Of a stretch of 64,000 nt of DNA, positions 47,123 through 57,088 are shown piece after piece. Origin of the DNA: Candidatus Babeliales bacterium (GTDB lineage: Bacteria; Babelota; Babeliae; Babelales; JACPOV01); contig JBFWNW010000003.1 of the NCBI GenBank assembly GCA_050250855.1, positions 145,856 to 209,855 of the forward strand, read 5' to 3'. The notes beneath the pieces are model-generated. The model searched no databases, was not told where the DNA came from, and saw nothing but the letters and a program-made list of their open reading frames with translations. The position numbers and the translations under genes are program-made. Every line of letters begins with the position of its first letter. The first letter of the stretch is position 1.

Positions 47123-49372
47123 ATGAAAACATTCAGATTTTTTAGTATAATTATAGCTGCATGCATACTGCATACTATCCATGCACAAGAATCACTTCAA
47201 CAAGAACTTTCAAAAAAAGTAAATGCAAGAGCTCCTTTTTCTGGTTCCATTTTTAATAATATTTTAGCACAACTTCAAATACCCCAAGCCTCAATTAATA
47301 TTGTTAAAGGCCTTTTTATAAAAACTCCTGTTCCCATTAAGCTTCCTGGCGAACTGACAAGTGGGACAGCTTTTGAAGGAGATGTTTTTTTCAAAGGAAA
47401 AGACACTAAAATTAAAGTTGTAGTTGGCCAAACGTTAACAAATCCTGAAGCTTTTAGTTTATCACTTGCTTTACCAGCGGGATGGAAGCTTTCTGATATT
47501 AGCTCACAACTTAGTTATTTAGATGAACTTTCTCTTACTAATGGTCAACTTATTTATTCAAATTTTATGTACAAAGATCTAGAACTTGCCACTGAAGTAC
47601 AAGCTGGTCTTAACTTTGTTGCAGATATCGCGCTAAAACCACCGCTCACTGTTTTGAATAAACTGATGGCAAATCAAAAAAAATTAAATGGGCTCGTAGT
47701 CGAAGGCGGCGCTGCAAAATTTAAAGGAACAGTAGCGCCAGATATAACCCAATCCTCATTTCTTATAGATTTACCGTTACGTTTTGGTGTTAATTTTGAA
47801 GCATTAGCAAAAAACCCAACCATACAAAACAATAAAGATGCAGAAAAAGTCGCACAAGCAGTAGCAAAAGTAATAAAAGAAATAACATCCGATACGTTTA
47901 CCGTAGAAGTAACACCACCGCCAAGTGTTGGCTTTTCAGTTGGCAGTGGCGTACGACTCCTGCTTGCAACACAAAAAGAACCAATAAGTTTTGATATGAG
48001 CGGACAACTTGTTGCTGGAGCACAAGAAGCACTTAATATGGTAGGGCAAATGAAAGGACCCCTGCACCTTGCCCAATGGCTTACTTTTTCTGATGCAGGA
48101 TTAGAGATTGATTGGGATTTTGCCCTTATTTCAGAGCTTGCCGCTGTTGGTATTCCTCTTCCTTTCACCGGCCTTGGCATGAGTGGCTGGGTTTATCTTG
48201 GCAAGGAAGGTGATAAACAAGCAGCTATAAATCTTACCGGTGGCCTTCGCTTCAAACAAGGAGATAAATTTCCTTCAGAATTTGCATTCCAAGGCATTGG
48301 TAAAAATTTAGATTTTAAATATGTAGTACAATTTTTAGCAGAAAAAATTGCAAAAAAAAGAATTAATGCAAGTATCCCTACTATGATGCTAAAAGACTTT
48401 ATCGTAAAAGCATCCCCCGTACCTACTAAATTTATCGGAGAAAAATATGAAGCAGGAATGCTTTTTGATGGTAATGCACAACTTTTTGATGTTGATGCTT
48501 CTCTTCATTTTAGTTTAAATCCAGACCCAACAGTTTTGGCTATGACAGGAAATGGAAAAGCTTCTGTCATAAATATCACTTCCCAAGGCAAAAAGCTTTT
48601 CACGCTTTCTGGATCAAAACCTAATGAAGGACCTTCTTTGAGCTTCTTGGTATCAGCAAAAAATCCTGAAGCAACTAACTTTATGTTTGACGGCACACTC
48701 GATATTCCTGTATTAGGAATACGAGAACAAGTAAAAAATTTACGCGTAGAGCTTGATAGAATATCAGGAACTTTTGAATCAAAACTTGGTAATCTTCTTG
48801 ATGTTGATGCTACCGTTAACATTCAACCATCACAACCACTCAAATCTGAAGTTGATCTTGCCTTCAAACAAAATATTGTAGACGTGCTTTCAAAATCTGT
48901 TTCTGCAAAGCTCCGCGCAGCAAAGGTGCAATTTGAAAAAACTAAAGCAGAAAAAGAGCTTGAAGAAAAAAAACAAGAGTTTCATGACAAGTGCAAAGGA
49001 ACTAATTATTTTAAACATATAAAAACATGCTCAAAGTTATCCGCAGAAATAACGGCGCTAGGAACAAAAGTTGCCGCAGAAAAAACTAAACAAGCTTTTG
49101 ATCCAAAAAGAATTAAAGATATCTTAGAAGAAATTGCACAAAAAGCATTAGTTCCTGCGCTCAAAGCTTTTGAAATCAAAGAAATGAGTGCTTCATGGAA
49201 AGCTTCACAGGGATTACCTGTTATTAACAAGATGGTAATACACATTAACGTCGCAAGCTTTAAAAAGGTAATTGAGCTCACTAATATCTCCTTTGACCCT
49301 AAGAATATAGCTAAAGACCTTGATACCTGGGCAAACCTGATTGTAAAAGAGATCATTAACCAGATAAAATAG
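47123..49372 (+). CDS. Large secreted protein, function unknown
   Basis: 749 aa. Signal peptide MKTFRFFSIIIAACILHTIHA. AGGAG RBS. Coiled-coil-like C-terminal 150 aa. No recognisable family. Confidence 0.7.
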   Translation: MKTFRFFSIIIAACILHTIHAQESLQQELSKKVNARAPFSGSIFNNILAQLQIPQASINIVKGLFIKTPVPIKLPGELTSGTAFEGDVFFKGKDTKIKVVVGQTLTNPEAFSLSLALPAGWKLSDISSQLSYLDELSLTNGQLIYSNFMYKDLELATEVQAGLNFVADIALKPPLTVLNKLMANQKKLNGLVVEGGAAKFKGTVAPDITQSSFLIDLPLRFGVNFEALAKNPTIQNNKDAEKVAQAVAKVIKEITSDTFTVEVTPPPSVGFSVGSGVRLLLATQKEPISFDMSGQLVAGAQEALNMVGQMKGPLHLAQWLTFSDAGLEIDWDFALISELAAVGIPLPFTGLGMSGWVYLGKEGDKQAAINLTGGLRFKQGDKFPSEFAFQGIGKNLDFKYVVQFLAEKIAKKRINASIPTMMLKDFIVKASPVPTKFIGEKYEAGMLFDGNAQLFDVDASLHFSLNPDPTVLAMTGNGKASVINITSQGKKLFTLSGSKPNEGPSLSFLVSAKNPEATNFMFDGTLDIPVLGIREQVKNLRVELDRISGTFESKLGNLLDVDATVNIQPSQPLKSEVDLAFKQNIVDVLSKSVSAKLRAAKVQFEKTKAEKELEEKKQEFHDKCKGTNYFKHIKTCSKLSAEITALGTKVAAEKTKQAFDPKRIKDILEEIAQKALVPALKAFEIKEMSASWKASQGLPVINKMVIHINVASFKKVIELTNISFDPKNIAKDLDTWANLIVKEIINQIK

Positions 49373-49470
49373 GTTTTATCGCTAAAAAAGGCTAAATTAT
49401 TGATTTTAAGCTAAAAAAAGCAGTATCCTGAAAGAAATAGTAAAACTGACCTTAAAAAGGAATTTGAGTT

Positions 49471-50760
49471 ATGAAGAAACGTATAATAATAGTTGCAGGT
49501 TTTCTTGTGTTATCTGCAGGAATCTTGCAAGCGTTTAGCTTTAAAGATATTGGCAAAGGTATAGAAAAGGGTGCTCATGAGGTTGAAAAAGGCGTAAAAA
49601 AAGGTGCCCATGAAGTTGAAAAGGGTGGCAAAACTGCCGTGGGAGCCATTACCAACATAAATCCAGCAGCCGAAGCAAATAAACTTACCAATAAAGCGTT
49701 AGGTACTCTAGGTATAAACCTTCCTGGTATTGAAAAAGATATTGTCATTATTGAGCAAAATATAGATAGACTTATTAATGATGTAGGAGCACTAAAAAAG
49801 ACCGTAAATCCTACTATAGATCAGGCAAAAAATATTGTTAGAGATTTGGGTAATTTTCAAAAAGAAGCTAAAAAAGTTGTAGGCGAAGTAAAAGCAGACG
49901 TGAAAAAAATAGCCGGTGCAATAACCGATCCTTCAAAAATTCCTGGCTTAGCACTTGAAGCTGGCAAAGAAGGACTTACGGGTATAAAAGCACTTGCTGA
50001 CATACACGCAACTTTATTAAAAGATATTGACGGCCTTGAACTTAAAGCTACGCTTGATCTAGCCTCACGTTTAACGCAAGAAGTTTCTTCTCTTTTAAAT
50101 GCTATTGAAGGATTAGAAAAAAACACTGGTCGTCTCGGTTCTCTGGTAATACCAAACAACTTAAAAACAGCATTATCACAAGCAAAACAACATATTAATA
50201 ATCTTGCCTTACATACCGGTAAAATTTATCAACCAATAGGCCTCTCTGCTCAAGAAATGGAACTTCAAGTTGCTATGGGACTTCTTTCCAACTTATCGGG
50301 AATAGTAAGCTTAAAAGATGATATTACAAAAACGGTTTCCGTAACGAAAGAACAGATTGGTATTATTACCAAAACACTTCCATTGCTAAAGCAGCAAATA
50401 GGCGCTTTGAAAAAATATGCTAAAGATTTACCAAAAACAGTTGCTAATGGTTTATTGGATAGATTCAAAAGCAACCCGCCAGCAATCATTGTAGCGGGTC
50501 CTAGTTATGCAGTTACATCAGTGCAAGCGGCAATAAAAACATTTAATACCTACATAAATAATATTATGCGTGATGGTAATAAATTATTACTTGCTCTGAG
50601 CACGATCATTAGCACTGGTGCTGCAGCAGCAGATACGTTTAATAAAACATTAAAAGATCATGCTATTCTGCCTCAACAATCTCTTGATGCGCTCAAAGAT
50701 GTTGGTGTAGATACTAAAGACTTATCACAAGATGTGGTAAATCTTGGACGAGCATTGTAA
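49471..50760 (+). CDS. Secreted, predicted all-helical protein, function unknown
   Basis: 429 aa. Signal peptide. Tandem KGAHEVEKG x2 near the N-terminus (nt about 49567-49626). Heptad-like Leu/Ile/Ala/Lys-rich sequence throughout. Confidence 0.7.
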   Translation: MKKRIIIVAGFLVLSAGILQAFSFKDIGKGIEKGAHEVEKGVKKGAHEVEKGGKTAVGAITNINPAAEANKLTNKALGTLGINLPGIEKDIVIIEQNIDRLINDVGALKKTVNPTIDQAKNIVRDLGNFQKEAKKVVGEVKADVKKIAGAITDPSKIPGLALEAGKEGLTGIKALADIHATLLKDIDGLELKATLDLASRLTQEVSSLLNAIEGLEKNTGRLGSLVIPNNLKTALSQAKQHINNLALHTGKIYQPIGLSAQEMELQVAMGLLSNLSGIVSLKDDITKTVSVTKEQIGIITKTLPLLKQQIGALKKYAKDLPKTVANGLLDRFKSNPPAIIVAGPSYAVTSVQAAIKTFNTYINNIMRDGNKLLLALSTIISTGAAAADTFNKTLKDHAILPQQSLDALKDVGVDTKDLSQDVVNLGRAL

Positions 50761-50800
50761 AAATAGAAGTTATTATAATACCTAAAAAAAGGAGATCGTA

Positions 50801-51958
50801 ATGAAAAAGCTAATGTTAGCAGTTTTAGCGGCTGCAACAATAACCAATATCTATGCAGAACGCTTATCCCCAAGGATAGGCATTACAAGAAAACCAAAAA
50901 ATGAAGTAAATTTCAGTATTTTAACTATTAATATGGGACTTCTTGCGCTGACTACTGATATTTTGCAAGATCTTGGCGGCGATGAATTAAAGAAAATTGG
51001 TGCAGAAGACATTGTTAAAAATATATTGAATATTTTTGGACTTGGTGGCTCAACAAAGCTTATGGAAGTTGGAAAGCTAAAACACAACAAAGAACGTGCT
51101 TTACTCTTGAGCGAAACTCTTAAAAGATTACAGCGTGAAGGTAAGTTGCCGGGAATTGTTTTAATGCAGGAAGGCTTTGACGTACCTGTTGTAAAAAATG
51201 ATTTTTATAAAGCTATGAGCTCGGTATATCCTTACCACTATCAAGATGAACGCGCTGGCCGTGTAACGGTTGATGCAAGAGGTAAAAAAATAAAATTACC
51301 AATTGGTACCAACTCTGGGTTATCTTTATTTAGTATGTATCCTCTTAAAAAAGTACAAGTTTGGGACTATGAATGTTTTGTTGGTGAAGGAGCATTCGCA
51401 CGTAAAGGTCTTTTAGGTGCTGAAGTTAACATTAATGGTCAAACCGTATACGTCTTTACAACGCACTTGCAAGCAGGAGTTGGTGCTGAACCATTCAAAT
51501 TCCTTAATAAAGAAAACCTTCTTCCTACACAATGTAAACTTGATGGTAAACTTATAGATCCAAAAACGCAAAAACTAACAACTGATGATGTTCGTAAAGC
51601 AGAATTACAACAAGCAGCTCAACTTATCAATCAATTTGCTACTGATAAAAAGGCTCCCGTAATCCTTGCCGGTGACTTTAATATGAATGCTAATGATCCT
51701 AAAAAAATAGAAACTATTAAATCAGTATTCCCTCAGGCAGAGTTGCTTTATAATGCAGGAAAATCAGCTCCTCATACAGGAACTGTATGGAATGTAACCA
51801 ATAAAAAGCTTGATGAAGGAAATAGAATTGACCACATGATCATTATCCGTAATCCAGGTAATAGACTTACGGGTGATGCATGGATTGATGCTATAAACTT
51901 CACGTGGCAAATATCTGACCATGCTGCTATGATTGGTGAATTCTCATTACAAAAATAA
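50801..51958 (+). CDS. Secreted sphingomyelinase-C-like EEP-family phosphodiesterase
   Basis: Signal peptide. VLMQEGFD, VFTTHLQAG, LAGDFNMN and ISDHAAM match the EEP catalytic motifs and the THLQA context of bacterial neutral sphingomyelinases. Confidence 0.75.
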   Translation: MKKLMLAVLAAATITNIYAERLSPRIGITRKPKNEVNFSILTINMGLLALTTDILQDLGGDELKKIGAEDIVKNILNIFGLGGSTKLMEVGKLKHNKERALLLSETLKRLQREGKLPGIVLMQEGFDVPVVKNDFYKAMSSVYPYHYQDERAGRVTVDARGKKIKLPIGTNSGLSLFSMYPLKKVQVWDYECFVGEGAFARKGLLGAEVNINGQTVYVFTTHLQAGVGAEPFKFLNKENLLPTQCKLDGKLIDPKTQKLTTDDVRKAELQQAAQLINQFATDKKAPVILAGDFNMNANDPKKIETIKSVFPQAELLYNAGKSAPHTGTVWNVTNKKLDEGNRIDHMIIIRNPGNRLTGDAWIDAINFTWQISDHAAMIGEFSLQK

Positions 51959-51977
51959 ATGCCCATACTAAAAATGT

Positions 51978-52013
51978 AAAAAGAGCTTGGTGTCAAGACA
52001 CCAAGCTCTTTTT
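51978..52013. terminator. Strong bidirectional rho-independent terminator
   Basis: Perfect stem aaaaagagcttggtgtc / gacaccaagctcttttt with a 2-nt loop. It sits between convergent genes, with A- and T-runs on both sides. Confidence 0.8.
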
Positions 52014-52030
52014 ATTTCCTCAAATTCCTA

Positions 52031-52831
52031 TTACAAGGTAACTTGCACAAAAAATGAAGTATGCAAATCAAATTTTCTTTGTATACCAAAAAGATGTTGC
52101 CCTATAGGACCTTGCACAAGAAGCTCTACTACCAAATTTTTACGTGTCCAAATAAAAAGAGGCCCAAAAAAAATGACATTCGCCCCACTATTTAAATCAG
52201 TAATCCCTTTTATTTTATCTCGTTCAAAAATAAAGGCATCAAACTCTGCTACCAAAAAAAAATCAGATTTTGAACTCTTAAACCGCCTACCAAAACCCAT
52301 ATCCAAAAAATAACTATTACCTATTTTCGTACCATTTTTATGAGTACGCGTTAAAAAAGCTCCTGGTCCAAAATCAAAAAACCAATAATCAGACGAATGA
52401 AGAAACTGGCCTTCAATAGTAAATCCTAGTTTTCCCGATCCTAAAAACGGCATTTTATCACTTCTACCAGTAGGTAACGTAATCCCTCCCATAATTATGG
52501 CAAGATTGCTCGGAGCCTGAAAAAACCGCCATTGAAATTCTGCGACTAAATCTGCTATGCCAGAATGCTGGCCATCAAACGTCTTTCGCTTAAAAAAGAA
52601 AGGCGCAAAAATATCAATTTGTGTTCGCTCAGTAGTACCATATGACATATTAAACGTATAAATAAGATCATAATTCTTTTCAGCTTTAAAATATTCTATT
52701 TCATGACTCAACTGCAGCTGCCCTTTTCCTGTCGTAATACGCTGTGCAACAGAAGGTAAATCTCGAATTAAAGCTTCTTGAGCATCAACAAATTTTATTG
52801 TTATTAAAATTATAAATACTATCTTTCGCAT
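52031..52831 (-). CDS. Signal-peptide protein, possibly an outer-membrane beta-barrel (MetA/phenol-degradation-like transporter)
   Basis: 266 aa. Signal peptide MRKIVFIILITIKFVDAQ. Alternating hydrophobic/aromatic strands. The family assignment is tentative. Confidence 0.4.
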   Translation of the reverse strand: MRKIVFIILITIKFVDAQEALIRDLPSVAQRITTGKGQLQLSHEIEYFKAEKNYDLIYTFNMSYGTTERTQIDIFAPFFFKRKTFDGQHSGIADLVAEFQWRFFQAPSNLAIIMGGITLPTGRSDKMPFLGSGKLGFTIEGQFLHSSDYWFFDFGPGAFLTRTHKNGTKIGNSYFLDMGFGRRFKSSKSDFFLVAEFDAFIFERDKIKGITDLNSGANVIFFGPLFIWTRKNLVVELLVQGPIGQHLFGIQRKFDLHTSFFVQVTL

Positions 52832-52980
52832 ACTACTCTTCTTTATTGTTAAACTATATTGTATCTAGAAATCTTATTATGTATTTATGCTATATTAATG
52901 GTAGCAAAAAAGAAAATTCTACAAATTAATTGCCTTTTTACCTCAAATGGTGCTACATAAAAAATAATCAAAGGAGACTA

Positions 52981-53538
52981 ATGATGTTTTCGTGTGACCT
53001 TAACTTTTATCAAATATTTCTTGGTGATCATACTATTAATTTGTGCCCCATCTTAGAAATAATTTTTCGTACAAGCTTTATGTATTTTTATACCATTCTC
53101 AATATTCGTTTGATGGACAAACGAAGCATGGGCCAACTTTCCCCTTTTGAAATTATTATCATCATTGCATTGGGTACCTCAGTTGGTGACCCTATGTTCT
53201 ATACGCATGTTCCTCTTTTGCAGGCAATGATTGTTATTTCAACGATTGTGTTAGTTGAACGTTTTATCTCAAAACTCATTGATAAAAGTTCATGGGCCGA
53301 AACATTTATGGTTGGTAACCCTGTCTTATTAATTGAACATGGAGAACCGAACCATAAAGCTCTTGATAAACAAAGTATTTCCATGAATGAACTGTGCTCT
53401 TTTTTACGCATAAAAGGAGTATCTGATATCGGCCAAGTTGAATATGCATTTCTTGAACCGTCTGGTAATATTAGCGTTCTGCTTGCACAAAATCCCAAAA
53501 AAAGTTTATCAACCGCTATGCATGCTCTCAAAAAATAA
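52981..53538 (+). CDS. DUF421 (YetF-like) membrane protein
   Basis: RSMGQLSPFEIIIIIALGTSVGDPMFY is typical of DUF421. I prefer the ATG at 52981 with an AAGGAG RBS to the TTG at 52930. Confidence 0.65.
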   Translation: MMFSCDLNFYQIFLGDHTINLCPILEIIFRTSFMYFYTILNIRLMDKRSMGQLSPFEIIIIIALGTSVGDPMFYTHVPLLQAMIVISTIVLVERFISKLIDKSSWAETFMVGNPVLLIEHGEPNHKALDKQSISMNELCSFLRIKGVSDIGQVEYAFLEPSGNISVLLAQNPKKSLSTAMHALKK

Positions 53539-53541
53539 CTA

Positions 53542-54156
53542 TTATTTAAGAGCAATCTGTAGATTATCCTCTGCTTGTTGCCAATTGATAACATGCCACC
53601 ATGCATCAATATAGTCTGGTCTTCGATTTTGATATTTTAAATAATACGCATGCTCCCAAACATCAAGACCTATTATAGGTTTATAACCTTTAGAGATAGG
53701 ATTATCCTGATTATGCGTTGTTGTTACCAGTAAATGACCATTGCTATCTAAACACAACCAAGCCCATCCACTGCCAAATACCGTCTTTGCAGCTTCATTA
53801 AATTCTTGTTTAAAAAGAGAAAAATCTTGAAAATCTTTTTTAATATGTTGCGCTAAAAAACCAACGGGATCTCCACCGCCATTTTTTTTCATTAAAGACC
53901 AGAACATTGTATGATTAAAATCACCACCACCTTGATTACGAATTGCGGTACGAACAGGATCTGGTAATGCTGTTAAATCTTTTAACAAAGATCCTAAATT
54001 CCTATTTTGAAGTTCAGGATAATTCTCAACGGCTTTATTCAAATTATTTACATATCCTTGATGATGCTTGGTATAATGAATTTCCATAGTTTTTGCATCA
54101 ATATAGGGTTCTAATGCATCAAATGCGTAAGGCAATGGTGCTAATTTATAACTCAT
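53542..54156 (-). CDS. sodA: Superoxide dismutase (Fe/Mn family, Mn-type signatures)
   Basis: MSYKLAPLPYAFDALEPYIDAKTMEIHYTKHH, GGGDFNHTMFW, HNQDNP and DVWEHAYYL. Start at the conserved MSYKL (54156) rather than 54207. Confidence 0.88.
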   Translation of the reverse strand: MSYKLAPLPYAFDALEPYIDAKTMEIHYTKHHQGYVNNLNKAVENYPELQNRNLGSLLKDLTALPDPVRTAIRNQGGGDFNHTMFWSLMKKNGGGDPVGFLAQHIKKDFQDFSLFKQEFNEAAKTVFGSGWAWLCLDSNGHLLVTTTHNQDNPISKGYKPIIGLDVWEHAYYLKYQNRRPDYIDAWWHVINWQQAEDNLQIALK

Positions 54157-54457
54157 GTTCTCGTCCTTCATTATGAGTAGTAAGATAAAAAATTTGTTCT
54201 TGTTCATGCGCTAGTTGCAACTGCTCACGCGCAATTTTTTCTTTATAAAAAGCATAACGGTGCCATTCATGCAACGATGTTTCTAGGACAGCCACTTCTT
54301 GTGCTAATACATCTATTTGAGCTTCAAGCATAAAATTTTCTTTACGCAAGCGCAATAATAATGGTAATCCCTGGCTACCAAATAAATATAAAAAAATAAT
54401 AGCTAAAACTTCTATACCAAAAAATATTTTAATCCATGCTTTGTGCAGTATATTCAT
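54146..54457 (-). CDS. FtsB/DivIC-like septum formation initiator
   Basis: 103 aa. One TM helix, a coiled coil and a conserved EKIAREQLQL tail. ATGA overlap with the rapZ stop. Confidence 0.6.
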   Translation of the reverse strand: MNILHKAWIKIFFGIEVLAIIFLYLFGSQGLPLLLRLRKENFMLEAQIDVLAQEVAVLETSLHEWHRYAFYKEKIAREQLQLAHEQEQIFYLTTHNEGREHEL

Positions 54458-55344
54458 AATGATACTTGAACCTCCTTTACATAAGAATCTGCTTGAATGT
54501 CTCTATGTTTTGTTACAAAAACAAATCGTTCTTGCTGTAACAAAGAAAGCTTATGAACAAAAGCTACAGAACGGTGTCTTCCACCGGTACAGCCAAGTGC
54601 TACCGTTATAAAGAAACGCCCCTCTTTGTACGAACGTTCTAACGTAAAAGAAAAAAAATCAAAAAAGCGCTGCCAATATTCTTGTACATCTGGCAAATTA
54701 AATAAATAGTTTTGTATGGCATCACTCGTACCATCTAGTACACGCAACTGCGGATCAATATAAGGATTTGGTAACGACCTAAGATCATAAACATAATTGC
54801 AATCAGAAGGCGCTCCATACTTAAAACCAAAAGAAACAAGATTAACAAGTAATGCATTCTTTTTTTCAATCAATGAGCTACATACAAAATGACGAAGTTG
54901 CTGAGCAGAAAGCTGATCTGTTGGCACTATAACATCTGCCAATACCTTAAGTGGTTCTAACATCTTTTTTTCAAGCTCAATAGCCGCTTGCATATCTCGA
55001 TCATGAGCAAGAGGATGGCTACGACGTGTTTCTTGAAAACGCTTTTGGAGTAACGAACTATTGGCAATAAAAAAAATTATTGTCACTTTTATATGTGGCG
55101 CATTTTTTGCTTCTTTAACAGCCTTAACGAAATATTCGAGGGTATCACCACTGCGAATATCAAGCCCTAAAGCAAACCGATTTTTTGCTCCTTGTGCAAG
55201 AAGCTGAAAAAAGGGTCCTATCAAAGCGCTGGGCAAGTTATCAACACAAAAAAAACCTGCATCTTCAAAGGCTCGCAAGGCAGTTGTTTTGCCAGCACCA
55301 GAATAACCAGTAATAATAAAAAGTTCACAGGAAGCATCATTCAT
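54454..55344 (-). CDS. rapZ: RNase adapter protein RapZ (YhbJ)
   Basis: P-loop GYSGAGKTT, FCVDNLP and C-terminal CTGGRHRSV. Confidence 0.88.
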   Translation of the reverse strand: MNDASCELFIITGYSGAGKTTALRAFEDAGFFCVDNLPSALIGPFFQLLAQGAKNRFALGLDIRSGDTLEYFVKAVKEAKNAPHIKVTIIFFIANSSLLQKRFQETRRSHPLAHDRDMQAAIELEKKMLEPLKVLADVIVPTDQLSAQQLRHFVCSSLIEKKNALLVNLVSFGFKYGAPSDCNYVYDLRSLPNPYIDPQLRVLDGTSDAIQNYLFNLPDVQEYWQRFFDFFSFTLERSYKEGRFFITVALGCTGGRHRSVAFVHKLSLLQQERFVFVTKHRDIQADSYVKEVQVSL

Positions 55345-55483
55345 ACTAAACCTCTTATATTTTCATACATCTTGAGTATTATCATGGTAACACAATTATG
55401 GTCAATATATTATGTTTTGGTTGTATTTTAATACATAAACATATTAGACTACTGCTAGAACTATTTTTTTAAGGAGTAGAGCA

Positions 55484-56974
55484 ATGAACCAGTACAAAAA
55501 AATTTTTAGTGTACTACTATTTTTTTCTGCCAATCTCTATGCCCCTACACCCCAAGAACCAAAAAAGCCCGTAGAGTTTGATAAAACTATTTATAAATGG
55601 TCAAAGCCACTTTCTGAAGCTTTTTCACTTATGCATAAAGAACATGTCAACGAATCAGATCCTGAAAAACCAATGGTTGAAATGATCAAAACATTCGTAA
55701 AAAGTTTTGACCCTCATTCATATTTTCTTGATCAAAAAGGCTATGACGATATTTTGCAAAGCACTAAAGGTGAACTAAGCGGTGGCATAGGAATTTTAAT
55801 TGATAACACCAAAGAACCGGATGATGATTTTTTAAAAATTATAGATACTATTCCAACGGGCCCTGCTGATAAAGCTGGCCTTAAAGCAGATGATAAAATT
55901 ATTGAAATCGATGGCGAAGCGGTAAAAGGAATGGCTGTTGATGAAGCCGTTTCTAAACTTAAAGGAAAACGTGGCACTCAAGTACATATTAAAGTACTGC
56001 GCAGTGATACGGTACGCATGCTCCCGTTCACCCTTACTAGAGATATTGTCAAAGAGCCAAATGCTCTGTGCTATCATATTAAAGATCACAATGTAATTTA
56101 TTTATGCTTGACAATGTTTACAGAAAACTCTGTCAAGCAGCTTGAACAGGTATTTAAAAAAATTAAAGATTATAAATCAAAAGCTTTAATTATTGATCTA
56201 CGTAATAACTCGGGCGGATTACTTGATGCTGCTATTGATATTGCCAGTCTCTTTTTACCGCGCAACAGCCTTGTAGTTATTACCAAAGGAAGAAATGATA
56301 AAGAGCTTGATCGCTATCACACCAAAAAAGACCCTATCGCTCCGCTTAATGTACCTATATTTTTTATTGTAAATAATTTTACTGCCTCTGCTGCAGAAAT
56401 TTTACCAGGCTGCCTGCAAAAACATGCTGATCAAAAACAAGGCGATAAAAACGTTGGGCAACATGTTTTTATAGTCGGCACCAAAACATACGGCAAAGGA
56501 AATTGGCAAGAAGTAAAACCGATCAGCAATGATTGTGCTATTGCTATTACTAAAGGGGTATACTGTTTACCTGATGGCTCATGCATTCAAGGCGAAGGCA
56601 TTATGCCAGATTTCTGCATAGAAGCAAAGCTTCCACCATCACAAGAGGTATTATGGTACAATAAAATGCATGGCAGAGAAAGTAATCACAAAAATGCTCT
56701 TAAAAATAATCATGAAAACAGCACACAAAAAACTAACGGCAAAAAAGAAGAACAAAAAAAAGAAGCTGAAAAAAGTTGGCATGAAAAAAAACAGGAGCTT
56801 ATAGGTTCTGATTATATGATTTTGAGCACCCTGCGCTTGATTGAACTGTTTGATATGGCTCAAAAAAGCTATGCTGACAAGATGAAAACCCGCAAAGGAA
56901 CTATGGAACTTCTGCAAAAACTCTATACACCAGATGACAAGGCTGCCCTAGAAGAAATTAAAATTGAGGGCTAA
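55484..56974 (+). CDS. ctp: S41-family C-terminal processing peptidase with PDZ domain
   Basis: Signal peptide. PDZ motif GPADKAGLKADDKIIEIDG. DLRNNSGGLL. FTASAAEIL (Ser) and TYGKG (Lys). Confidence 0.85.
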   Translation: MNQYKKIFSVLLFFSANLYAPTPQEPKKPVEFDKTIYKWSKPLSEAFSLMHKEHVNESDPEKPMVEMIKTFVKSFDPHSYFLDQKGYDDILQSTKGELSGGIGILIDNTKEPDDDFLKIIDTIPTGPADKAGLKADDKIIEIDGEAVKGMAVDEAVSKLKGKRGTQVHIKVLRSDTVRMLPFTLTRDIVKEPNALCYHIKDHNVIYLCLTMFTENSVKQLEQVFKKIKDYKSKALIIDLRNNSGGLLDAAIDIASLFLPRNSLVVITKGRNDKELDRYHTKKDPIAPLNVPIFFIVNNFTASAAEILPGCLQKHADQKQGDKNVGQHVFIVGTKTYGKGNWQEVKPISNDCAIAITKGVYCLPDGSCIQGEGIMPDFCIEAKLPPSQEVLWYNKMHGRESNHKNALKNNHENSTQKTNGKKEEQKKEAEKSWHEKKQELIGSDYMILSTLRLIELFDMAQKSYADKMKTRKGTMELLQKLYTPDDKAALEEIKIEG

Positions 56975-57088
56975 AGATATTTTCCGATAAGAATTAAGCA
57001 TTAATACTAGTACGGAGCCATTCACTTCTATTTTATTAATATTTTGTTAAAATAATACTAGTTAGATAGCTCAACAAAGGAAATCTTC

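Noticed and set aside
47674-48180. 168-aa minus-strand ORF inside the 749-aa secreted-protein gene (similar cases at 48505-48822 and 49006-49356)
   Set aside because: These are antisense shadow ORFs within a longer ORF that has a strong RBS and a signal peptide. They show no features of their own.
51987-52313. 108-aa plus-strand ORF
   Set aside because: It starts inside the strong terminator hairpin and runs antisense to the 52031-52831 gene.
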